Below, piece by piece: positions 1 through 10,697 of a stretch of 64,000 nucleotides of DNA. The stretch's first letter is position 1, and the number at the start of each line of letters is the position of its first letter. The stretch lies in the sequence record OR413581.1; one strand, 5' to 3'. The notes beneath the pieces are model-generated. The model was not told the origin of the DNA. It made no database searches and saw nothing but the letters and a program-made list of their open reading frames with translations. The translations under genes were made by a program, and so were the position numbers.

Positions 1-906
1 ATGGCACTCGAAAACGCTTACAGCGGTAATCCCTTTAATGCACTTGACCTTACTCGCACCAAGGCAGACCTGGAATTAGCCCGTAAACTTAACCAAACTG
101 TCTCACAGTCCGATGAAGTTCATTACGTTGTTGAGACCGCTGATGTAAAACCGTTTCCTTTGCCGATTGTTATCGGCGACGACGTTTATGTATACGCAGC
201 CACGTTTACCACGCTGGATAAGACCAACGAGCTAAAAATACGAAACCCAGTCGAACACGCATTGCGTCTCGACCAGGCTCGCTGGGAATTGGTGTGGAAA
301 CGGAGTAATGGTAAGCTTGCTGCACTGATGGCACAGATGCCCTACCACCATGAGATTTTCAGCAAATGGGTGTCGGATGCGATTACCCACACGTTTGCAC
401 TTGCTCCATATCAAAGTGGGCAAATCAAAGCGTTGGCTGCATTGTTCTCTGTGGGACAGTTCTATAATCACGTCGAAGATGATGTGAAAGCTTTACGTTT
501 GCAGCAGATGCTGGAGCAACAATTAGGCTTACCTGCGGAACTGTTTGAATCAGTGACAGGCCACACAGAATATCTTTTCCCGCGTAATATCGCAGAATTC
601 GTCGAAATGGTGCAGGCTGCAGATATCACTCCGCGGGTGCGTGACCTGAGCATTCTGTCTCTGCAGCAGATGTTGAATACCAGCTTCTTCGGGGTGAGTT
701 ATGAAAAACAACTCGCTACTAGCGCCATCGAATATCCGCCTAGTCTCTTCGTTATGATTAAGGCTTGTCTGGATAATAACATGTTTAACCGCAGTCGGTT
801 AGGTGGGATTGTGAAGAAGTCAGACACCGCTAAGAAACGCGATAAGTTTGAATTCACCTACAACCTTCTGATGAATCAAAACACCAAACCACTGAACATC
901 AAGTAA
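1..906 (+). CDS. Conserved jumbo-phage virion structural protein (tail/baseplate gene block)
   Basis: 301-aa ORF heading a tightly packed run of three genes upstream of the terminase. Function inferred from phiKZ-like synteny only. Confidence 0.5.
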   Translation: MALENAYSGNPFNALDLTRTKADLELARKLNQTVSQSDEVHYVVETADVKPFPLPIVIGDDVYVYAATFTTLDKTNELKIRNPVEHALRLDQARWELVWKRSNGKLAALMAQMPYHHEIFSKWVSDAITHTFALAPYQSGQIKALAALFSVGQFYNHVEDDVKALRLQQMLEQQLGLPAELFESVTGHTEYLFPRNIAEFVEMVQAADITPRVRDLSILSLQQMLNTSFFGVSYEKQLATSAIEYPPSLFVMIKACLDNNMFNRSRLGGIVKKSDTAKKRDKFEFTYNLLMNQNTKPLNIK

Positions 907-916
907 GAGGCCCACT

Positions 917-3430
917 ATGGAGAACTGGCTGGTCGCTCACGCCGTTAAAAATGCGTGGCAGCGTCCGTACCTCGATGGGGTGTTGAACATTGCGCCTTTT
1001 CGATTAACTGAAAAGACCGGAGCGATCGGGTTTTTCAAGCACGGGCGTAATCCGATTCCTTTACCGGGCGAGGGGTGGTGGCACGCGTTTGTAATTGACA
1101 AGCTCCACCTCAACTACGGCAACTTGAGTATCCCTCCTGAGCGCTGGAAGAAACTTACTACGTGTGTAAATAACTTCCATGCGTGGATGCAGGTGTACAA
1201 CGAAGATGGGACAATTATCCCGTCGAACTCTGTGTATTTCTGGCGGACACTCTCTGGTCAGATTTACATGGCGATTCCGCAAACGGAACGCTACAAGTGG
1301 TTAGACGACACGCCGTGTTATCTACGCATTTATGCTGGTAATGATGGCGGCGAAAACGCTCCTGTTGTTAAACCGACGTTCATCGAACCGTATAATCCGC
1401 CGAACCCACAACAGATCCAGATCGTCTTAGACCGTTATAATCTGTTGAAAGGCCAGAAAATCGGCTATGTCGATTTCTGGGTAAACGGAAAGATGATTGC
1501 TGATCCTAAGCCCGCGGATATCAAAGCATGGGATGATGTTGAAATTCGTGTCGACGGCCGCATTCGTCGTGTAATTGAATACCGTTGTGGGGATTTGCAA
1601 ACGTTCTACTCAACGCTTGACCAAACACGAAAATACCTGCTGCACATTCCAAAAGGGGATGGCATTTGGATTTTCAACAACGACTGTGAAATTCAGTTGT
1701 TGTGGAAAGGCGAAGGGCGTTACTACCACCGCCACCGTCATCAGGCCGTGCGTCAATTGACGTGGAACGATATATCGATTCCGTCGATGCGGATTTCGAA
1801 ATACCGCACCGCTTTCACTAACCCAATGAATGATATCGACGAACTAACGATTCGTTTATTGATACGTGACGATTTCCTTGACCTGAAGCCACTGTATAAC
1901 TCCACCCACACGCACGACCTCTATCGTCTTAGTGACGAGCAGATCATCGGTGCGATGGTGGGGGCAAACTCCAACGTACCAGAGTGGACCGCAGCAGCGC
2001 TCGAGGAATCGGCAGCGAATCGGTTAGCGGCAGCCAAACTCCGGAACATCACACGCGATCTCTGCACTGATGCGTACGGCTACAATGCCGCCGCACGTTA
2101 CAGTGCCGACACTCCACAGCGTCTGGAACTTACATCCGGTGGCTATCGCGGTACTTTGCCCGACTTACTGGCAGCGCTGTCAACTGTATACGAGTACGAT
2201 GCCGATGGGTTGCTGTTAGAACATCACCGTAATGCAGGCTACGATGTTTACATCCCTCGCAATCCAGAAGCACGAATCATCGAGGCTATTGCGGGTGAAG
2301 TCTCGGATGCGGTGAAGATCGTTGACAACGCTCCTGACTTTGAAATTGAGCCAGGTTCAAACGTTGGGTTGTGGATTCGAATGGTCATCGGAGAAGTTCC
2401 AACCAACGACTACTACAAAGCCGAGGAAGGAACGGATTATACTCGCGACGGAAATAAAATCACCTGGACCGTAGATCGGACACGACGTCACCCGACAGTG
2501 ATTTACGACGACTTCCACCTGTTCTTCGAAGTGGATGTTAAGGTGTCGGAAGGTCAGATACGTATTCCGATTGTAGCACGCAACCAAGACGGGCAGCAGC
2601 GCACGCTGTGGCTACCGATGGAAACGGTTGAAGTGTGGTTGAACAACCACCCACTGGTGCACGGTATCGATTACCACACCCGCTGGCCGGAAATTGTGGT
2701 GGTTTGTAAAGCGTGGATGGCGGACGGGGATACAAATAAAGTCTCAGTGCGTTGTCGTGGCGTGACCGGTGAACTCCGTATTCCTAAACACGGTTTCGTG
2801 TCAAGCGGACTGCTGTCTAATAACAGCCAGTTTGATTGCCGTGACGACAAAGTGATTCGTGTCGTGGGTGGCGGTTCACTGCTATTGCGTGACGAAGTCG
2901 TGTTCCGTGAAGACAACACTGTAGGTGTTGACATCGTGCAAGACGGGTTCCCATACTCGGTCGACGATCCGACTATTCCGTTGCGGACGCTGGTAAGCGG
3001 CGATACGTACGACTTGCGCGACACTGCCCGTGATTTGGACACACGCGTCGAGGCTTACCTGTCTAACTGGTTCCCGACACCTCCGCCGGTTAACCCGGTA
3101 CCGTTGCCGTATCTGTATCACCTCTATTCGCCAACCCTGAACAAAATCTTGTGGGACTACTTGCAAGGTATTCTGATTCTGCGGGAAGACGATCCGGAGT
3201 ATCGTATCTCGACGTCACAGCTGGATGACATCATGGAGCGTTATAAAGACCTCCTGCCGTTTGACCCGGCCTATATCGGTTACGATAAAGCGTTTGTGAA
3301 ACTGCATCCGCATGTGAAGTACGAAACGGTAGAAATCAACGAACTTGGCTTTGCCTTCTTAGACCGCGTCAATGAACGTTATCTGAATGGCGAAGTGCAG
3401 CTTAATCAGTATCTGATAATCAAGGGTTAA
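917..3430 (+). CDS. Large virion structural protein (probable baseplate component)
   Basis: 837-aa ORF with GAGG upstream. Its position before the terminase matches the phiKZ-like structural block. Confidence 0.55.
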   Translation: MENWLVAHAVKNAWQRPYLDGVLNIAPFRLTEKTGAIGFFKHGRNPIPLPGEGWWHAFVIDKLHLNYGNLSIPPERWKKLTTCVNNFHAWMQVYNEDGTIIPSNSVYFWRTLSGQIYMAIPQTERYKWLDDTPCYLRIYAGNDGGENAPVVKPTFIEPYNPPNPQQIQIVLDRYNLLKGQKIGYVDFWVNGKMIADPKPADIKAWDDVEIRVDGRIRRVIEYRCGDLQTFYSTLDQTRKYLLHIPKGDGIWIFNNDCEIQLLWKGEGRYYHRHRHQAVRQLTWNDISIPSMRISKYRTAFTNPMNDIDELTIRLLIRDDFLDLKPLYNSTHTHDLYRLSDEQIIGAMVGANSNVPEWTAAALEESAANRLAAAKLRNITRDLCTDAYGYNAAARYSADTPQRLELTSGGYRGTLPDLLAALSTVYEYDADGLLLEHHRNAGYDVYIPRNPEARIIEAIAGEVSDAVKIVDNAPDFEIEPGSNVGLWIRMVIGEVPTNDYYKAEEGTDYTRDGNKITWTVDRTRRHPTVIYDDFHLFFEVDVKVSEGQIRIPIVARNQDGQQRTLWLPMETVEVWLNNHPLVHGIDYHTRWPEIVVVCKAWMADGDTNKVSVRCRGVTGELRIPKHGFVSSGLLSNNSQFDCRDDKVIRVVGGGSLLLRDEVVFREDNTVGVDIVQDGFPYSVDDPTIPLRTLVSGDTYDLRDTARDLDTRVEAYLSNWFPTPPPVNPVPLPYLYHLYSPTLNKILWDYLQGILILREDDPEYRISTSQLDDIMERYKDLLPFDPAYIGYDKAFVKLHPHVKYETVEINELGFAFLDRVNERYLNGEVQLNQYLIIKG

Positions 3431-3432
3431 TC

Positions 3433-5076
3433 ATGGCGAAGATTGCGTCCAAATTAATCGACAAGGATCGCGGGTTCGAAGTCTGGGACCCGAGTGAATT
3501 GTACGAACCAAACAAACCAACAGGTTACGTACCTAACCCACGTGACCTTATCGTGAACGACATGACCTCCGGCTTTGACCGCGTGGTTAGCGTAAACTAT
3601 TCGGTACCGTCGTGGGAAACAGAACCGTTCGGTGGCGTTGGTGTGGCAAACCAAGACGGGCGTCTTAATGGTCACTACCCACTACGCTCTGACAGATATC
3701 GCGTCTACGTGGACAGCACCAAACTTCCACCGACGATGGTTATCGATGATGCCGTCACTTTCAACGGTCCCGATATCGACGGTGTGCGTATCCTGCGTGG
3801 GTCATCTGTAAACGATGATGCGGAAATCCTGTCTGGTTATTACAAAGACGGGGTTCTGAAAAAGAACTATCTGCCGGTGCAGACTATCAGTGCGGCTGAC
3901 GCAGAAACTGTGGTGAAACAAGCGATTCCTGGGAGCTGTCTGGCTGAAGTCAGTAACGGTGAAGAGTGTACTTTCCTGGTTTACTCCGACACCGGTAACG
4001 TTGTTCAGATCGCCCACGGTCACATCATCAAGACCAATCTGGTGATGGCGCAAGAGACTCCGTCTCGCACTGTGCTAGGTATTAAACTGGTTTCACCGTT
4101 CCTGGTAGACGACAATGGTACTACGCTGACGCTGCCGATTAACATCCCGCTGGAATCTATTCCGCTGTGGTGTGACATCCAGTACAGCGACGGAACCAAA
4201 CGCCTACCTATCGATGGTTCGCGTGTGAAGTTTAACGGTCTGCGTAACTCTGGTGCACATGACACGTTTTACATCGCTTCAAACGCCGGTAATGAGTTAC
4301 CTTGCCAGTTAAGCTATCAGTTGGCTCGCGGTGAAACCTACGGTGGTACTGACATTGTTAAAGATACAATTGTCAAAGACTACACCGCTGTAACCGAAAC
4401 AGTCGATGGTGCTTATTCCATGAAGCTGTTTGTGGTTCCGCGTTGGTTGGATGCGAACCGTGGTTATCGTCTGTCGTTCCTGCTGTACAACCTGACACGC
4501 GGCCAAGTCTACGACGCGACCGCAAACATCCAGTACACCACAGGGACTACATTCGACCCACTGTTGATGGGTGTGAAACAGCGTCTGAATGTGCAGGTGG
4601 ATATCAGCAAAGTAAATCCACAATTCCGCGCATTCATCCAGGCGCAGTCTTTCGCCATCACGTTAGTGAACCCAGGTAACGAGTTGAATACCAACTTCCT
4701 TATCGAATACCTGCCTGATGGGCTGGTCTACGGTAATGAAATTTGGGCGGAGTTCAAATACTCTAACGTCAACTACTCCACGCTGAACCTTCGTTGTGGT
4801 TGTGCCTCTAAAGCCGAGTGGCTTAAAGCGTTGTACGAGCCGATTTATCCGCTCTACGATCGTCGTAATGAATCTGAGGCTCCCGAGCCTACACACTTTG
4901 AGGTGCATGTCGGTGGTAAGGTTTACACCCACAGCATCGATGAGTGGTTAAATGAGCAAACGGTAGATTATCGTATCGCTCTGGACGATTCGTTAGTTAT
5001 TCGCTGGATTCGTCGCACTCCTACGGATACGCTTAACCTCGCGGCTACGCCAATGCTGGCGCACCACATCGAGTAA
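3433..5076 (+). CDS. Virion structural protein (beta-rich, probable baseplate component)
   Basis: 547-aa ORF 2 nt after the previous stop; function by synteny. Confidence 0.55.
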   Translation: MAKIASKLIDKDRGFEVWDPSELYEPNKPTGYVPNPRDLIVNDMTSGFDRVVSVNYSVPSWETEPFGGVGVANQDGRLNGHYPLRSDRYRVYVDSTKLPPTMVIDDAVTFNGPDIDGVRILRGSSVNDDAEILSGYYKDGVLKKNYLPVQTISAADAETVVKQAIPGSCLAEVSNGEECTFLVYSDTGNVVQIAHGHIIKTNLVMAQETPSRTVLGIKLVSPFLVDDNGTTLTLPINIPLESIPLWCDIQYSDGTKRLPIDGSRVKFNGLRNSGAHDTFYIASNAGNELPCQLSYQLARGETYGGTDIVKDTIVKDYTAVTETVDGAYSMKLFVVPRWLDANRGYRLSFLLYNLTRGQVYDATANIQYTTGTTFDPLLMGVKQRLNVQVDISKVNPQFRAFIQAQSFAITLVNPGNELNTNFLIEYLPDGLVYGNEIWAEFKYSNVNYSTLNLRCGCASKAEWLKALYEPIYPLYDRRNESEAPEPTHFEVHVGGKVYTHSIDEWLNEQTVDYRIALDDSLVIRWIRRTPTDTLNLAATPMLAHHIE

Positions 5077-5084
5077 CAAACCTT

Positions 5085-5108
5085 CCTCCACCCCTTCGGG
5101 GGTGGAGG
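5085..5108 (+). other. Strong UUCG hairpin without U-tract immediately upstream of the terminase start
   Basis: CCTCCACCCC-TTCG-GGGGTGGAGG, a perfect 10-bp stem; the ATG is at 5121. Confidence 0.6.
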
Positions 5109-5120
5109 TATGGAGATTGT

Positions 5121-7232
5121 ATGATACTGCGAAAAAACGATTGGCGACACTATCCGGGGGCGATTGTTGACGATGTCACACCAAACGTGCACTTCCTTCA
5201 ATTCGCCACAACACTACAAGGATTAGGTGTCCAGCATTGGTACGTCCACCTGGCATTACACAATCCCGAACTCCGTGGTGTTGATCCGTTTAGCCCGGAT
5301 TTAACACTCGAACAAAAAGCGATGATTGTTACGGAGTGTGCGGAAAACCCATGGTACTTCTTCCGTGAGTGTGTCCGGGTCCCTGCGGATGGTGTAAAGA
5401 ACGGGATGCCGTTTCGTCTAGACCGCGGTAACTTTTCGATGTATTGGATTTTCTTCAACAACATTGACGCCGCTATCGAGTTTCTCCGTCAGCATGGTAA
5501 GACTGTCGGGATGTCCGCATTGCTATTGTGGCTGATGCGCTTCCTGGAGAACTCACGTACGATTCTTATCACGAAGGGTCCTGCCCTGCGTGAAGAAACT
5601 ATCAACAAAATGAAACAACTGCGTAACGCGTTACCGGATTATCTCTGGCCTCATCACCCGGACGATCCTGATAACCGTGAGACATTTGCATGTCTAGCGC
5701 AGGGTAACAAACTTATCACCGGCATCGGTCAAAACGATAAGGAAGCTGCGAACGGGGTAGGCCGTGGACTCACAGCCGGACGCCTGTTCTCGGATGAAGG
5801 ACCGTTTACCAACAACATCCACCATATCCTCCCTGCTGCACTAGCATCGGGTACCGCGGCGCGTCGTATTAACGAAGCCGAAGGTGTTCCATACGGCAAC
5901 GTCTTCGCAACAACGCCTGGGGATTTGGCGACAGAAGAAGGCGAGTACATGTACAGCCTGATGACGTCGGGGATTTCGTGGGATGAACGGTATATCGACA
6001 TCCCGACTCGTGCACAACTGATTGACATGATTCGCAAAGGCTCTACTGCGAAGATTCCACGTATCATGTTCTACGTGAAATACAACCACCGCCAACTCGG
6101 TACCACGGACGAAGAACTCGCAGATATGATTGCGAACGCCCCAGGTACACCAGACCAAATCCGCCGTGACTTCGGTGGTGAATGGACAACCGGTGGTTAC
6201 AACAAACCGTTCTCAGGCGATGATGCAAGACGTATGAACGCCTCGCGTATTCGGGCAGCACAGAAAATTATCTCTGCTTCCAACTACGTAACGGATTGGT
6301 ATTACACTGAAGAGCAGATGTTGGTTAAAATGCAAGACCGCCACATCATCGGTTTGGATACTTCCGAAGCCGTGGGACGTGACGCCATTGCCATGTCAAT
6401 CGTCAACTCTGTCACTGCCGAATATGCCGGCAAGCTCACCGTGAACGAAACAAACGTCATCGGGTTTGCGATTCACTTAGCAGACTTCATGATCGAATAT
6501 CCGAACACGGTACTCATTCTGGAACGACGGTCTACCGGCTCCTCGGTAGCAGATGCCATTATACTGCAGCTGCAATCTAAGGTTCGCGATTTGCATCGTC
6601 GTTTGTACGTGAAAGTGACCCAGGATTACTCAAGGAACGATGAACTTTACAAAGAGTTCCATCGTGGCCCTGTGGGCAGTCCAGAGCGCTTCTGGGACAA
6701 ATTCCGTAAATACATCGGTTTCTCAACCGACCAGGATAAACGCCGTAAGTTGTATGGTGAAGTATTTACCACGGCGTTGCGTCTTTCTGCGGACTTACTG
6801 CGGTCAGGCGAATTGATCGACCAAATCCTCGGTCTCGTCGAACGAAACGGACGCATAGACCACCGTGCATCCGGTCACGATGACTTGGTGATATCCTGGC
6901 TTCTGGCAATGTGGTTACTTCTGTTCGGCAACAACTTAGGCCACTACGGTATAAGTAACAGCCGACTGATGATGCGCAACCGCAATATGCTCGGGGGCAT
7001 GGCAGGTGAATTCGATGAAGAGGCTGCAGTCGAGGAAGAAGAAAAGCAACAACAACTGATGGGGCAAATTGAAACGATGATTAGACAGAGTCAAGTTGTA
7101 GCCGACCCGGTACAACAGCTCATGTACAAGAATCGTATTCAAGCGCTCGTCTCTCAACTCAACACTGACGTTCGTAACGTCGCATCGATGGAAAGCTTGA
7201 AAGAGCTAATCCAACGACAGAGGATGAAGTGA
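5121..7232 (+). CDS. terL: Terminase large subunit
   Basis: Walker A RQHGKT, Walker B LFSDEG, RNase H-like nuclease motifs IIGLDTS and GHDDLV; 703 aa. Confidence 0.92.
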   Translation: MILRKNDWRHYPGAIVDDVTPNVHFLQFATTLQGLGVQHWYVHLALHNPELRGVDPFSPDLTLEQKAMIVTECAENPWYFFRECVRVPADGVKNGMPFRLDRGNFSMYWIFFNNIDAAIEFLRQHGKTVGMSALLLWLMRFLENSRTILITKGPALREETINKMKQLRNALPDYLWPHHPDDPDNRETFACLAQGNKLITGIGQNDKEAANGVGRGLTAGRLFSDEGPFTNNIHHILPAALASGTAARRINEAEGVPYGNVFATTPGDLATEEGEYMYSLMTSGISWDERYIDIPTRAQLIDMIRKGSTAKIPRIMFYVKYNHRQLGTTDEELADMIANAPGTPDQIRRDFGGEWTTGGYNKPFSGDDARRMNASRIRAAQKIISASNYVTDWYYTEEQMLVKMQDRHIIGLDTSEAVGRDAIAMSIVNSVTAEYAGKLTVNETNVIGFAIHLADFMIEYPNTVLILERRSTGSSVADAIILQLQSKVRDLHRRLYVKVTQDYSRNDELYKEFHRGPVGSPERFWDKFRKYIGFSTDQDKRRKLYGEVFTTALRLSADLLRSGELIDQILGLVERNGRIDHRASGHDDLVISWLLAMWLLLFGNNLGHYGISNSRLMMRNRNMLGGMAGEFDEEAAVEEEEKQQQLMGQIETMIRQSQVVADPVQQLMYKNRIQALVSQLNTDVRNVASMESLKELIQRQRMK

Positions 7233-7471
7233 TGACTCAACTCTACTACGCAATCGTGCTGGTAATGTGGATTTGCCTATACTTTGGCTTACGCCACACC
7301 ATCGAAGTAATACGCATACACGCACAAAGCCACGATGTCTGCACACGCACAATGCGGCTCGGACAGATTATCTGTAGCTTTGGCGTATTGCTTATCGGTG
7401 GACTATCGACCGCGGGGCTACACGTTGTGTATACCCTACATCAAGTTGCCGTATCGGGAGCACTCGCCTGA
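7229..7471 (+). CDS. Small membrane protein
   Basis: 80 aa with two hydrophobic segments; the start overlaps the terminase stop. Confidence 0.6.
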   Translation: MMTQLYYAIVLVMWICLYFGLRHTIEVIRIHAQSHDVCTRTMRLGQIICSFGVLLIGGLSTAGLHVVYTLHQVAVSGALA

Positions 7472-7501
7472 ATCAACTTTAACTCGAAAAAATACGACGT
7501 A

Positions 7502-7540
7502 GCCACCTCTCCGAAACTGGAGAGGTGGCATTTTATTTTA
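7502..7540. terminator. Rho-independent terminator between convergent genes
   Basis: GCCACCTCTCC/GGAGAGGTGGC 11-bp stem followed by ATTTTATTTTATTT. Confidence 0.8.
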
Positions 7541-8914
7541 TTTCTGCAAAGAGCGGATCAAGAAGTACAACAGTAACGCATTACGTAAGGCAGCCAGAGC
7601 GGCTTCATGACGGATGTGTGTTTCCCGTGCGGCCAGTTTCTCAATCCGTTCACGCAACGATAACACGTATGGGTTAGGGGACTTCGAAGCCTGGTACAAC
7701 GAACGCATACGCAGTAGAACCGTACTCGCATCGTTAAAGTTCAGACGAGAGGTAACAATTTCATCGAACGCGTGCGATAGCGTGTCCTCCATGATAGCGT
7801 TAATCTCATCACGCTTTTTGCCAAGCGGTAGACTTGCAATATACGCCAGCAAAGTTTTCAGTGCCGCGGGAGATGCTTTGGGTACTAGCTCCAACACCAC
7901 TTTTGCCAATTGCTCTTTGTAGAGATTGTTGATGTCGTAAGACGCATCGAACAAATTCTGCTTAGCGATATCCAGCGCACCCACTTTGTCACGGATAATC
8001 GATTCACCGTCTAACTCAATTCGGGTTGACTGCGTAATTACACGACTGTTATCACGACGCACTTTGTCCAATACCGCGTAATAGTCCTTCACAGTTTGTT
8101 TGGTACGGGTGTTCAGGTCGGTGATAAAACGCAATACCAGGTCTGGCGTATCAAAACGTTTAACCGCGTCGTAGTTTGGGTACTCCGGAGAACAGAAGTA
8201 TTCTGAACGCTCCTGCATGTGCAGGCTCCAGTTGCCTAAACGACGGATATCGAACTTTAACGACAACATCGAGTATGCGGCGTCGGCGGCGGCCATGTCG
8301 ACCGGCTTGGGGAAGAAGTGGTAATATATACTGGAGTAGAATTTGAATTGCAGCAACGTTACCAACGACACTGCGGCGGCATGAATTTCACGATCGGCGA
8401 ACTTCGACATCATCCGATGTAGCGTATACACCGTAGAGAGGTTATACGGATCGCCCGCCACTGCCCAGTCGGTGTTAATCGTGCCCGATTCTTTAATCAT
8501 CTCGAACAGATAGTCTTCGTCGACTTTCAAGACATCTTCAAAAAAGCGGTTACGGTCAGAATCGTAGAAACGAATGGTGTGGACGCCTAATAGATTAGAC
8601 CCTAGCCACTCCACATTGCCTTCACGTTTAAGGATGTTGTCTACGTGAAGTTGAATTTGCTTTGCAAAACGACGATCGATGACGACGTGTTTAAAGCATT
8701 CGTCAAACACTTTACGTAATCGGTCATTCTTCATGGCTTCTGCAGCAACCACCAAACCCATCGGGACGTAGCCGCCAAAACCATAGTCGTAATACAAGCC
8801 CGTAGAATACGTGTCATCGTCGAAGAATGGGTCACGTCCGAATGATTCGACGGCAACCTTCACTCCGGTATCACGATAACAACCGGCACTGAAATCATAA
8901 ACCAATTCAGACAT
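7538..8914 (-). CDS. Conserved jumbo-phage protein, probable head/virion component
   Basis: 458-aa ORF with GAGG SD and N-terminal A-x-E motifs (AVE, AAE) like prohead-protease sites. Confidence 0.6.
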   Translation of the reverse strand: MSELVYDFSAGCYRDTGVKVAVESFGRDPFFDDDTYSTGLYYDYGFGGYVPMGLVVAAEAMKNDRLRKVFDECFKHVVIDRRFAKQIQLHVDNILKREGNVEWLGSNLLGVHTIRFYDSDRNRFFEDVLKVDEDYLFEMIKESGTINTDWAVAGDPYNLSTVYTLHRMMSKFADREIHAAAVSLVTLLQFKFYSSIYYHFFPKPVDMAAADAAYSMLSLKFDIRRLGNWSLHMQERSEYFCSPEYPNYDAVKRFDTPDLVLRFITDLNTRTKQTVKDYYAVLDKVRRDNSRVITQSTRIELDGESIIRDKVGALDIAKQNLFDASYDINNLYKEQLAKVVLELVPKASPAALKTLLAYIASLPLGKKRDEINAIMEDTLSHAFDEIVTSRLNFNDASTVLLRMRSLYQASKSPNPYVLSLRERIEKLAARETHIRHEAALAALRNALLLYFLIRSLQK

Positions 8915-8929
8915 GGCACTAAACCTCTA

Positions 8930-8938
8930 AAAATTTAC
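8930..8938 (+). promoter_or_regulatory. AAAATTTAC motif (phiKZ middle-promoter-like)
   Basis: Identical 9-mer upstream of the ORFs at 8987, 12413 and 34820; fits the AAanntTAC consensus described for phiKZ. Confidence 0.5.
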
Positions 8939-8986
8939 GGATATATGTTATCATACTGAGAGTATACCTGAAGGAGATTTTACCCA

Positions 8987-10120
8987 ATGATGAACTATGA
9001 ACGTAAGCACGCGTGGCAAGAAAAGCTACGCACGGGGCAGATACATTCTGCCCAACAAGTGAAGATGTGGGTGCTGCCGCACGGCGTCATCTGCGAAATG
9101 GTCCAGGTCGGGGGATTACCTATTCTTCGAAATGGCAAATACGATTCGATGAACACGGTACTCGCGCGCTTGCTGGCCGATGCAGGCATAATGGGTACCG
9201 TGATTTTATATTCAACCGCAACGATTCCTCAGAACCTTTCTCGCTGGTTAACACATTGGCTTTCCAATGACCCTAGCGAGGATGATCCGTGGCTACGTTC
9301 GATGACAGTGACAACAATGGGTCAACGGCCGACGAAACCCCTCCCATTCCAGGTCAATGTAATTGAACCAGCTATTCTGGAAGCGGGTGAAGTGTTTGAA
9401 GCAATCAAACATCGATCTCGCGATGTTAGCATCAGTCAGTTTCTTATCGAAGCGAATGATGTGACTTACCGGCTGGAGCCTGTACGACGTATGGACGCTC
9501 GTATCGTCGACTGCACAGAGTTCGGTTATGTCTTGCGTACACAGGGCAACCATACCTTCCTGGCATCGATGCTCTCTCGCCGCGTGCAGGGACAGTTAGC
9601 ACACTACAAAGTGTCCCCTGCTGACCTCGTCGGTACCGACGTTAAGGTCGAATACACAATGTTTACCGAAGGGAATCGACTGTGTAATTTTAAGTCTCCG
9701 GTAGTCTATCGGAGTAAGGCACTTGATGCCTTAGGCGACCAGAATGTCCCGACATACGATGGCCCCTATCCGTTTAAATCGCAAGCATCTGCAAACCGTG
9801 CGCTCCTTACGGTAACTCGGTGTAAACGCGCAGCGATCACACGGACCGATGGGGAAATTTATGGTAAGGACACTGAGTCTGACGCAAAACTCTTTTCGTT
9901 CCGGCGGGGTGTGAAACCTGGATTGTATGCCGCGACGTTTGAAAAGGGGGATGACGTCGAGTTCTGGCAGTTCGACAGCGATTTTGCAGTAGATGCGATT
10001 GACCCAGATGCGTTAGTGAGTGTCATCACAGACCAAATCTTTTACGCGACGGGTATGAGTCTGCTGGAAATCTTTTTAATGTACGATGCCAGAGTACCTT
10101 CACAGTCAGTCAAAACGTAA
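8987..10120 (+). CDS. Hypothetical protein, possible degenerate ATP-dependent DNA ligase fold
   Basis: 377 aa. LRNGK, LEPVRRMDARIV and GTDVKVEY..T.G segments echo ligase motifs, but there is no KxDG lysine. Confidence 0.6.
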   Translation: MMNYERKHAWQEKLRTGQIHSAQQVKMWVLPHGVICEMVQVGGLPILRNGKYDSMNTVLARLLADAGIMGTVILYSTATIPQNLSRWLTHWLSNDPSEDDPWLRSMTVTTMGQRPTKPLPFQVNVIEPAILEAGEVFEAIKHRSRDVSISQFLIEANDVTYRLEPVRRMDARIVDCTEFGYVLRTQGNHTFLASMLSRRVQGQLAHYKVSPADLVGTDVKVEYTMFTEGNRLCNFKSPVVYRSKALDALGDQNVPTYDGPYPFKSQASANRALLTVTRCKRAAITRTDGEIYGKDTESDAKLFSFRRGVKPGLYAATFEKGDDVEFWQFDSDFAVDAIDPDALVSVITDQIFYATGMSLLEIFLMYDARVPSQSVKT

Positions 10121-10130
10121 GGAGCCTCCT

Positions 10131-10640
10131 ATGTTTACTGCGCCAACCGTGCAGGTGGGGCAAGGTCTTAACTTGGTGGTACACGACCAGCGGTTAATCG
10201 ACCTCTGCGACACAAGCATAATTACTGCGATGATGGACCATAACCCTTTAGGTGACTACGGAAATACCAGCGAGATTTTGGCTGTTGCTGCCGTCCTCCG
10301 TCGTATTTACGGTCAAATAACCATCGTAGATCTCTGTAACTTCATTGACAACCACAGAGATTTAACTAAAGGGTTGGTCGCACTTACTCAAGATGGGGTG
10401 TCAAGTTTTGACAGTTCTCTTGGTAATTTCCTAGACATCGGTTCCGGGTTCGACTCCGGGCTAATGTTCATCACTCGTGAACGCTACGTCGCCGTCTGGG
10501 AATTTCTGCAACGCATGGGTGTGCATGTTCCTGCAAAGATCATGCATTACCAAACTTACGACCTGAATATTTTCGGGGAGCCAGGGTTATGGATAAAACC
10601 AGTACACCTTGGCCTTGATGGCTACACCATCAAGTGTTAA
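10131..10640 (+). CDS. Hypothetical protein
   Basis: ATG at 10131 follows AAGGAG; ends at a strong terminator. Confidence 0.7.
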   Translation: MFTAPTVQVGQGLNLVVHDQRLIDLCDTSIITAMMDHNPLGDYGNTSEILAVAAVLRRIYGQITIVDLCNFIDNHRDLTKGLVALTQDGVSSFDSSLGNFLDIGSGFDSGLMFITRERYVAVWEFLQRMGVHVPAKIMHYQTYDLNIFGEPGLWIKPVHLGLDGYTIKC

Positions 10641-10647
10641 GTCACTA

Positions 10648-10697
10648 GGCGTACTCTCTTCGGGGAGTACGCCAATCTTATTTTTTTTTATTTTTTT
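10648..10697 (+). terminator. Rho-independent terminator
   Basis: GGCGTACTCTC-TTCG-GGGAGTACGCC plus a long T tract. Confidence 0.9.
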
